DNA of 64,000 nt from Candidatus Methylomirabilota bacterium. GTDB taxonomy: Bacteria > Methylomirabilota > Methylomirabilia > Rokubacteriales > CSP1-6. Position numbers and translations under genes: made by a program. Location of the stretch: assembly GCA_036265915.1 (NCBI GenBank), contig DATAOC010000059.1:5-64004 (forward strand), written 5' to 3'. The notes beneath the pieces are model-generated. The model made no database searches. It saw only the letters and a program-made list of their open reading frames with translations, and was not told the origin of the DNA. Shown in pieces: positions 35,210 to 41,843 of this stretch (position 1 is its first letter; each line of letters starts with the position of its first letter).

Positions 35210-36009
35210 CAGTCCGTGGTGTCCTTCCGCGCCCACATGAGGATGCTCGCGTCGTTGAGAAACGTCCGACGCGTCTCGAGCACCGTGAAGCCGGCCGCGC
35301 GCAGATTCGCGGCGAAGCGGGCCTCGTCCCAGTAGTGCGGTCCGATGCGCCGACGTGCGGCCTCGAAGATGGAGTTCGGAGCGAGCCAGAGCAGGCTCGA
35401 CAGTGCGGGCTGCAGCCCCTCGCGGCGCTTGATGTCCTTGAACGTCGACCACTGCGCCACCTGGCGCGCGTGATTGACGAAGATCGCGTGGCCCCCCGGC
35501 TTCAGGATGCGATGGGCCTCCTTCAGCACGGTCTCCGGCGCCGGATGAGCGTACAGCGAGTGGATACTCACGACGCCGTCGAACGCGGCGTCGCGGATGC
35601 CGGCGCCGTCGGTCAGGTCGCCGTGCCGGAAGGCGAGGTTCGCGAGCCGCTTCGCCCGCCGCTTCTCGCGCGCGAGCTCCACGAGCGCCGCGTACGACTC
35701 CAGGCCAATGGCGTTGAATCCGGCCTCCGCCAGGACGAACGTGAAGTTCCCGGGGCCACAGCCGATGTCGAGAACGTGCAAATCACGTCGCAGCGTGCCC
35801 TCTCGAACGCCGGCGGTCACCAGCGTGAGGACCTCGGCCTGGAGCTGCTGGTACGGGCGGAAACGCTCATAGATGTAGTCGTACACGAGGCCGTAGCCGA
35901 CGGACAGCATCCGGTCGACGCCCCAGCGCACGCCGCCCAGCACCGAGCCCACCAGTCCATCCGGGGCCGCCGCCGTCCGGCGCGCCGGTGCGCGTGTCTG
36001 CGTCTGCAT
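35209..36009 (-). CDS. Class I SAM-dependent methyltransferase (first of a tandem pair)
   Basis: It has VLDIGCGPGN and ILKPGGHAIF motifs and is a paralogue of the downstream gene along its whole length. The start overlaps the upstream stop as TGATG. Confidence 0.8.
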   Translation of the reverse strand: MQTQTRAPARRTAAAPDGLVGSVLGGVRWGVDRMLSVGYGLVYDYIYERFRPYQQLQAEVLTLVTAGVREGTLRRDLHVLDIGCGPGNFTFVLAEAGFNAIGLESYAALVELAREKRRAKRLANLAFRHGDLTDGAGIRDAAFDGVVSIHSLYAHPAPETVLKEAHRILKPGGHAIFVNHARQVAQWSTFKDIKRREGLQPALSSLLWLAPNSIFEAARRRIGPHYWDEARFAANLRAAGFTVLETRRTFLNDASILMWARKDTTD

Positions 36010-36398
36010 CAGCGCGTCTCCTGACCCCGCTCCGCGAGCACCTTCTCGACGGTGCCGCGAAGCTCGTCCGACGTGAACGGCTTCAACAGGATCGAGGCGA
36101 AGCCGAGGCGGTTTGCTTCATCGACGATGTCCGGCGTGCCGTGACCGGTGACGAGCACGACCGCGAGATCGGGATGGAGCGTTCGCGCCTCGGCAAAGAC
36201 CTCGAAGCCGGTCAAGCCTGGCATCTTGTAGTCGAGGACCACGAGGTCGAAGGGCTCCTTGCGCAGGATCTCGAGGGCCGCCTCGCCGCGATTGGCCCCT
36301 TTCACGGCGTAGCCGAGCGCCTGCAGGACGTTGACGCACAGCACCACGACCGGGCCGGCGTCGTCGACGATGAGGATCTTCCGCCGCGTCGACGTCAT
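36009..36398 (-). CDS. Single-domain CheY-like response regulator
   Basis: The motifs are KILIVDD, the phospho-acceptor region LVVLDYKMPGLTG, and LLKPF. The start overlaps the upstream stop as ATGA. Confidence 0.85.
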   Translation of the reverse strand: MTSTRRKILIVDDAGPVVVLCVNVLQALGYAVKGANRGEAALEILRKEPFDLVVLDYKMPGLTGFEVFAEARTLHPDLAVVLVTGHGTPDIVDEANRLGFASILLKPFTSDELRGTVEKVLAERGQETR

Positions 36399-37927
36399 TG
36401 CGCGTGCGCGAAGGCGCGCACGGCGAGATCGGCCGGCAGGGGCGCGCTGGTGAGGGAGTCGTAGTGTCGCGTGATCTCCACGAGACGCTCGACACCGATC
36501 GACAGGAACGCGTCGGCGGCGTCGGGATCGAAGTGGGTGCCGCGGCCGCGGACGATCTCCGCGCGCGCGGCCTCGACGCCCAGGGCCGTACGGTACGGAC
36601 GATTCGAGGTCACCGCGTCGAAGACGTCGGCGACGGTGATGATTCGCGCCGCCTGCGGGATGCTGGCCCCACTGAGACCGTCCGGATAGCCGCTGCCGTC
36701 GAAGCGCTCGTGATGGTGCCGAACGGCGCACGCCTCGCGCGCCAGGAATCGCAGCGGCTTGAGGATTCGCTCGCCCACCACGGGATGTGCCTTGATGAGC
36801 GTGAACTCCTCGGCGGTGAGCCGCTCCGGCTTTCGCAGGATCGTGTCCATGATCGAGAGCTTTCCGAGATCGTGCAGCATCGCGGCCCGGTTCACCATCT
36901 CCACGGTGTCGTCATCGAGTCGCATGGCGCGGGCGATCTCGGTCGCGTAGAGCGCGACGCGGGCGGAGTGACCTTTCAGGTACGGGTCCTTCGACTCGAT
37001 GGCGTTGACGAACGCCGTGATCGTGTCGACGAGATTCCTCTCGTGATCCTCGCGGAGCACGAGCTTCTGCAGCGCGACCGCCGTCGCCTGTGCGAACCCG
37101 ACCACCATATCGCGCTCGTCGGGAAGGAAGGCCAGGCTGGCGGCGAGACGGCCGACGGCCAGCACCCCGAGCGACTGACCGACGCCGGGAATCAGCGCGG
37201 CCACCGCTTCGACCCGGCCACCGGAGCGACGCAGCGAGAGCGCCTCGCGCCCCCCGTGGGTCATCAGCGCGTCGAAGTTCGCCTGGAGCAGCGTGCGCAG
37301 CTCGTCCACCACGCTCGGATCGCCGTGCTGGGTGGTCGTGAACACGCCGTGCTCGTCACGCACGAGGATCAACGCGCCGTCGTTGCGCAGCGATTCGCCG
37401 GTGAGCTGCAGCACCTTCTCGACGAACACGCGCGGCTCCTGAGTCTGGAGCGCGAGGTCGCCGATCCGGAACAGCATGTCCACGCTGACCTGTCGGCGCG
37501 CCAGCTCGTCGGCGAGTCCGGCCGGCAGCGGGGTCTGTCCGTTCCACTTCTCGCGATCAGCGCGGACGCGGGCCACGAGCTGCTGCACCTCCTTGATCGA
37601 GAACGGCTTCGGCAGGTAGTCGTAGGCGCCGTGGCGCAGCCCGAACACGGCGGAATTCACCGAGGGTGCACCGGTGATCAGTACGACCGGCGTCGCCGGC
37701 TGCCGACTCTTCACCGCGCGTAGCAGGTCGAGGCCCGAGAGCCCCGGCATCTTGATGTCCGAGACGACCAGATCGAAATCGTTCGCGGCGATGAGCTCGA
37801 GCGCCTGCTCGGCCGTGGGCGCGGGTGTCACCGCGCACGCGTTGGCGCTGAAGGCGGACACAAGAAACCGGAGCAGCGACGCATTGTCGTCGACGGCGAG
37901 CACCCGGAGGGCTGGAGACGACGTCAT
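36395..37927 (-). CDS. Response regulator with receiver, GAF-like middle region and HD-GYP c-di-GMP phosphodiesterase domain
   Basis: The REC domain has LVVSDIKMPGLSG. The HD-GYP domain has HSARV..MLHDLGK..HHERFDGSGYP. An AGGAAGGA SD precedes ATG 37927, 14 nt after the upstream TAG. Confidence 0.85.
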   Translation of the reverse strand: MTSSPALRVLAVDDNASLLRFLVSAFSANACAVTPAPTAEQALELIAANDFDLVVSDIKMPGLSGLDLLRAVKSRQPATPVVLITGAPSVNSAVFGLRHGAYDYLPKPFSIKEVQQLVARVRADREKWNGQTPLPAGLADELARRQVSVDMLFRIGDLALQTQEPRVFVEKVLQLTGESLRNDGALILVRDEHGVFTTTQHGDPSVVDELRTLLQANFDALMTHGGREALSLRRSGGRVEAVAALIPGVGQSLGVLAVGRLAASLAFLPDERDMVVGFAQATAVALQKLVLREDHERNLVDTITAFVNAIESKDPYLKGHSARVALYATEIARAMRLDDDTVEMVNRAAMLHDLGKLSIMDTILRKPERLTAEEFTLIKAHPVVGERILKPLRFLAREACAVRHHHERFDGSGYPDGLSGASIPQAARIITVADVFDAVTSNRPYRTALGVEAARAEIVRGRGTHFDPDAADAFLSIGVERLVEITRHYDSLTSAPLPADLAVRAFAHAQ

Positions 37928-37941
37928 CGTGTCCTTCCTGC

Positions 37942-40101
37942 CTATTTCCCGGCAGCCATCTGGTTGAGAAACTCCATCCACTGGCGCGTCAGTACGCCAT
38001 CGTTGGGGAACCGCAGTCCGTCGAACCCTTCCGGCACCGCAGACTCGGCGGCCGGCTTGGACGCGGCTGGCTCGCTCGCCGGCGCCGATGTTGCGGGGAC
38101 GGCGGCCGGCGTCGACGGGGTCTCGGCGGTCGGCGCCGGTGCGGGAGCGATCGAGCGTTTCGGCTGAGGGCCAGACTTGCCGGCCGTGATCGGATTCGGG
38201 TCCGGCTGGCTGGGCGGCGCGATGGTGCGCGGTCGCTTGAAGGCGCCGTTCGGCTTGGCGAATGCCGTGGACCGATCCTCCGCGGCCGCCGCTGGCTTGT
38301 CAGTCACACCGACCAGGTCGCCAAGCGTCGCGCGCGTGATCTCCTCCACGGAGCGGCGATCGACAGCCGCCACGGGCTCCGGTGCCTTCGCCGCCGCCGG
38401 GAGGTTCAGCAAATCTTTCGCGACGTCCGCGAACGACACCTTGGGATCCGCGCCGCGCGCAAACGGACTGCGCGGTGCCGGCGCAGCGCGTTCGGGGAGC
38501 GGCTGGCTCGCGGCCACCGGCGCCAGCGGCTGGTGAGGCGGATCCACCAGCGTCAGCCGCGGCTCGCGCTGGAGCGTCGGTATCGCCGGCCGCTCGCTGG
38601 ATTCGACTTCCGCGCGCGTCACAATCGTGTCCGTGGCAGCCGTCTGGAGCTCGAGCGGCGGCACGCTCACCGACTCTTCTGACGTCTCGGCCATCGCCGA
38701 GGTCTGGAGCTCGAGCGGGCCGACCGTGGCGACGTCGTGCGGCATGGACTCCACCGAGACGGGCTCGATCGTGGCGGCGTCGCTCCCGACGGGTTCGAGC
38801 TCCATCGCGACGACCGGCGGCTCGATTGCCCAGGGCTGAGCATCGATCGCGCGTGGATCTGGCTCCATCGTCAGCGCGTCGCGCGCGCTCGGCGCCGGCT
38901 CCATCTCCATCTCTATCGCCACCGGCTCGAACGGCATTCCTTTCGGCTCGGGCTCGCTCGCGACCGGCTCGAGCGGCACTGCGATCGGCTCGGGTTCGAT
39001 CGCTACACGATCCACTGTGTCTCGGGACGGCTCCGCCTCGACCGCCACCGGCTCCATTGCAAACGCGACCGCCTCCGGCTCGATGGCCAAAGGCTGTGCG
39101 TCGACCGCGGTGGGCTGCAGCGCCAGGGGCTCGAGATCGGCCGCTTCGACGTGCGAGTTGGCGCTCCAGGGCACGAACTCGAGCGAAGATCCCGCGTCGA
39201 CGACCGGCGGGCTCGGCTCGGCGACGGGCGCGGCGGCGAGATCGGCGCCGCGAAGCGGCTCCTGCATCGCGTGCGCGTCGTCGGCGGCACCGCTGAGCGC
39301 CCGCGGGTCGACGGTTACCGTGTCCACAGCGGCGACAGTGGCCGCCGCACTCACGGCCGGCGGCTCGGCGATCTCCAACGTAGGCAGCGGAGGCGGCGGC
39401 ACGACGACGATCGCGGGCGCAGCCGTCGCGTCCACTCGCGGTGCGCTCCAAAGCGCCCGCGGCGCTTCGGTGCGGGAGACGTTACGCTTCAGGAGGCTCA
39501 GAATCGGTCCCGGCTCACGGGCTGGTGCGGGCCGATCACCGGTGAGCAGCTTCTGGAGCTTCACGCTCGTCGGCCGTCCGGTCGGCACCGCGGGCGCGGG
39601 CGGCGTGACGCGCTCGACCGGCGCCGGCGCGGCGGCGGGTGCGCGGCGCAGCCGGGCCAGGGTCTCGAAATAGACGGCGGGCGTTCCGTCGACGTCGAGG
39701 TAACGGAACTCCACGCAGTCGACCTGCGGAAAGCCCAGCTGCTTGATCTTCCGGTGAAAGGCATCGGGCATGCGCTCGATCACGAACAGCAGGCGCGGCG
39801 GGTATGCCGTCGAGATCCGCGCGGCCGGATAGAGACGGTGGATCGCCTCGGGATACTCGAGGCACCACGAGTACGCCTCGACGGCGCGTAGCAGCATCTC
39901 TTCGTCTGCGGTGAAGCCGACGGCGATGAGCGCGAGCGCCCCGTCGGTGTCGAGTCCGACGATGTCCATCGTGGCCTGGCCGAGCATGAGCCGGGAGTCG
40001 AGGACAGAAAGCCCGGGCTCGATGCGGTCGACGTGGTCGATGACCAGCGCCTGCAGCTGCCCGACATCCGCGAGTTCCCGCTTCTTGATCACGCCCTTCA
40101 T
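37942..40101 (-). CDS. Protein with an N-terminal degenerate NucS/PD-(D/E)xK-like domain, a roughly 500-residue Pro/Ala/Glu-rich disordered region and a short conserved-looking C-terminal peptide
   Basis: The N-terminus IEPGLSVLDSRLMLGQATMDIVGLDTDGALALIAVG follows NucS C-domain topology, but E-x-K is replaced by A-V-G. It is followed by EP/AP-rich degenerate repeats and the C-terminus FPNDGVLTRQWMEFLNQM. I prefer ATG 40101 (GAGGAA SD) because the sigma-54 promoter at 40145-40164 lies inside the longer ORF versions (40131, 40194). Confidence 0.65.
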   Translation of the reverse strand: MKGVIKKRELADVGQLQALVIDHVDRIEPGLSVLDSRLMLGQATMDIVGLDTDGALALIAVGFTADEEMLLRAVEAYSWCLEYPEAIHRLYPAARISTAYPPRLLFVIERMPDAFHRKIKQLGFPQVDCVEFRYLDVDGTPAVYFETLARLRRAPAAAPAPVERVTPPAPAVPTGRPTSVKLQKLLTGDRPAPAREPGPILSLLKRNVSRTEAPRALWSAPRVDATAAPAIVVVPPPPLPTLEIAEPPAVSAAATVAAVDTVTVDPRALSGAADDAHAMQEPLRGADLAAAPVAEPSPPVVDAGSSLEFVPWSANSHVEAADLEPLALQPTAVDAQPLAIEPEAVAFAMEPVAVEAEPSRDTVDRVAIEPEPIAVPLEPVASEPEPKGMPFEPVAIEMEMEPAPSARDALTMEPDPRAIDAQPWAIEPPVVAMELEPVGSDAATIEPVSVESMPHDVATVGPLELQTSAMAETSEESVSVPPLELQTAATDTIVTRAEVESSERPAIPTLQREPRLTLVDPPHQPLAPVAASQPLPERAAPAPRSPFARGADPKVSFADVAKDLLNLPAAAKAPEPVAAVDRRSVEEITRATLGDLVGVTDKPAAAAEDRSTAFAKPNGAFKRPRTIAPPSQPDPNPITAGKSGPQPKRSIAPAPAPTAETPSTPAAVPATSAPASEPAASKPAAESAVPEGFDGLRFPNDGVLTRQWMEFLNQMAAGK
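38642..38718 (-). repeat. Direct repeat of a 17-mer GTCTGGAGCTCGAGCGG with a 60 nt period inside the disordered-region coding sequence
   Basis: Identical 17-mers at 38642-38658 and 38702-38718 encode the repeated peptide PLELQT 20 residues apart. Confidence 0.8.
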
Positions 40102-40144
40102 CCGTCGTTCCTCGCGATCGTCTCCGCTCATGTCGGCCGGTGGA

Positions 40145-40164
40145 AGAGCAAAGCGGGTACCAAA
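40145..40164 (-). promoter_or_regulatory. Sigma-54 promoter P1 (TTTGGTACCCGCTTTGCTCT)
   Basis: The GG at 40161/40160 and the GC at 40149/40148 have canonical spacing. It is the twin of the element at 34259-34278. It lies about 150 nt downstream of the NtrC-type activator gene and 36-45 nt upstream of ATG 40101. Confidence 0.7.
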
Positions 40165-40294
40165 CGTCCGGTCTCGCTCAAGGTCTGGACTCATCAGCGC
40201 TATTCGATCTGATTGCCCGGGCGGATGCCCGCGGGTGGCCGATTTCTGGCCGCCAGTTCGCCGCCTGCATTCTGGCCAGGCGGTGAGGAAGTGA

Positions 40295-40313
40295 CCGCGC
40301 CCCCTAGGCGCGG
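40295..40313 (-). terminator. Hairpin directly after the NtrC-type gene stop
   Basis: CCGCGCC (40295-40301) and GGCGCGG (40307-40313) form a 7 bp stem with a 5 nt loop, 2 nt from the TAA at 40315-40317. There is no U-tract. Confidence 0.4.
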
Positions 40314-40314
40314 A

Positions 40315-41664
40315 TTACGAGTCGGTGAGTTTCTTGCGGAGCGTCTGGCGGGTGATGCCGAGGATCTTCGCCGCTTCGCTCTTGTTGCCGTTCGACTGCT
40401 GCATCACTTTCACGATGTACGCGCGCTCGATGGCGGCCAGCGTGCGGGCCGCGGCCGGCGTCTCCTCCGGCGGACGGCCGTCCTGCAATTTCGAGAACTG
40501 GGCCGGCAGGTGATGCACGTCGATGGAGTCGCCGGTGGAGAGGATCACGAGCCGCTCTACGAGATTCTTCAGCTCGCGCACATTGCCCGGCCACGCGTAT
40601 CCCAGCAACAGCACTTCCGTCTCCGGCGCGAACCGCTTCACCGTCTTGTGAAACGTCCGGTTCGCTTCGGCGAGGAAGTGGCGCGCGAGCGGCAAGATGT
40701 CCTCGGTGCGCTCGCGCAGGGCCGGGATCGCGATCGGGATCACGTTCAGGCGATAGAAGAGGTCCTCGCGGAACGTGCCCTCCTTGACCATCGCTTCGAG
40801 GGAGCGGTTGGTGGCGGCGATCACACGCACATCGACCTTGATGTCCCGGGTACCGCCCACGCGCTTGAAGGAGCGCTCCTGCAGGCAGCGCAGCAGCTTC
40901 GCCTGGCTCGCCAGCGTGATCTCGCCTACCTCGTCGAGGAAGAGCGTGCCTCGATCGGCCAGCTCCATCAGCCCCTTCTTCGTCGCGCGGGCGTCGGTGA
41001 ACGCGCCCTTCTCGTGACCGAAGATCTCGCTCTCGAACAGCGTCTCCGTGATCGCCGCGCAGTTGACTTCCATGAACGGGAAGTTCCGACGGTTGCTCTC
41101 GTAGTGCAGGCCCTTGGCCACGAGCTCCTTGCCGGTGCCGCTCTCGCCGTGTACCAGAATGGTGTGTGCCTCGCTCCGCGCCAGCTGGCCGATGATCTCG
41201 CGCAGGCGCCGCGTCGAGTCCGCCTCCCCGATCAGCTGGTCGGCGCGGTACTTTCCCTCCTCGCGCTTCGTGAGGCGGGTGATCTCCCGGCGCGCCTTCA
41301 CCTCGTCGAGCGCGCGACTGACCGAGATCCGCAGCTTCTCGAGATGCTGGAAGGGTTTCTCGAGGTAATCGGTGGCGCCGTTCTTGATGGCCGCCACCGC
41401 GCTCTCGATGTGGCCGAAGGCGGTGATCATGATGACCGCGGTGTCAGCGTGCTTGGCTTTGAGATCGCGAACGACCTGGATGCCGTCGAGATCGGGAAGG
41501 CGGAGATCGACGAGCGCGACGTCCGGGCCGCCGAGCTGCTCGGCCATCTCGAGACCTTCCTTGCCGGTGCCGGCGGTGTGGACCTCGACATCGTCGCCGG
41601 CCAGGACTCGCGCGACCAGCGTCCGGATGTTGCGTTCGTCGTCGATGACGAGGACCGTATCCAT
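40315..41664 (-). CDS. NtrC-family sigma-54-dependent response regulator (REC, AAA+ and Fis-type HTH)
   Basis: The REC domain has VALVDLRLPDLDG. Walker A is GESGTGKE. A GAFTGA-type loop (EKGAFTDA), an ESELFGHE-like segment, a GNVRELKN motif and the C-terminal HTH AAKILGITRQTLRKKL are all present. Confidence 0.9.
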   Translation of the reverse strand: MDTVLVIDDERNIRTLVARVLAGDDVEVHTAGTGKEGLEMAEQLGGPDVALVDLRLPDLDGIQVVRDLKAKHADTAVIMITAFGHIESAVAAIKNGATDYLEKPFQHLEKLRISVSRALDEVKARREITRLTKREEGKYRADQLIGEADSTRRLREIIGQLARSEAHTILVHGESGTGKELVAKGLHYESNRRNFPFMEVNCAAITETLFESEIFGHEKGAFTDARATKKGLMELADRGTLFLDEVGEITLASQAKLLRCLQERSFKRVGGTRDIKVDVRVIAATNRSLEAMVKEGTFREDLFYRLNVIPIAIPALRERTEDILPLARHFLAEANRTFHKTVKRFAPETEVLLLGYAWPGNVRELKNLVERLVILSTGDSIDVHHLPAQFSKLQDGRPPEETPAAARTLAAIERAYIVKVMQQSNGNKSEAAKILGITRQTLRKKLTDS

Positions 41665-41829
41665 GCTCTAGCGATCTTAGCGTAGAGGCCTTCTCGGCAA
41701 GAAATTCACCATGCGCGGCTCGCTTCGATACTCCGCGGCCAGCAACCGACCAGCGAGCCAGCTCGCCGACGCGGCGGCGATCGACGAGGAAATACGCGCG
41801 CTTGCCCGCAGCACGCTTCGCTTCCCGCA

Positions 41830-41835
41830 TATACT
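41830..41835 (+). promoter_or_regulatory. TATACT -10-like hexamer 8 nt upstream of ATG 41844 (possible leaderless transcript)
   Basis: It is an isolated AT-rich hexamer in GC-rich DNA. No SD lies between it and the ATG. Confidence 0.35.
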
Positions 41836-41843
41836 GGCGTCCT

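Noticed and set aside
40102-40194. Longer N-terminal versions of the disordered-protein gene, starting at ATG 40194 or ATG 40131.
   Set aside because: The sigma-54 promoter twin lies inside these extensions, with a predicted start near 40136. Only ATG 40101 has an SD (GAGGAA).
41697-41711. A fourth sigma-54-like element, TGGTGA-ATTTC-TTGC, on the minus strand upstream of the NtrC-type gene.
   Set aside because: The GG and GC spacing is correct, but the -24 box is poor (TGA instead of CAC). It bears little resemblance to P1/P2, and a TAAGAT -10-like box 9 nt from the ATG offers a competing explanation. A chance match is plausible.
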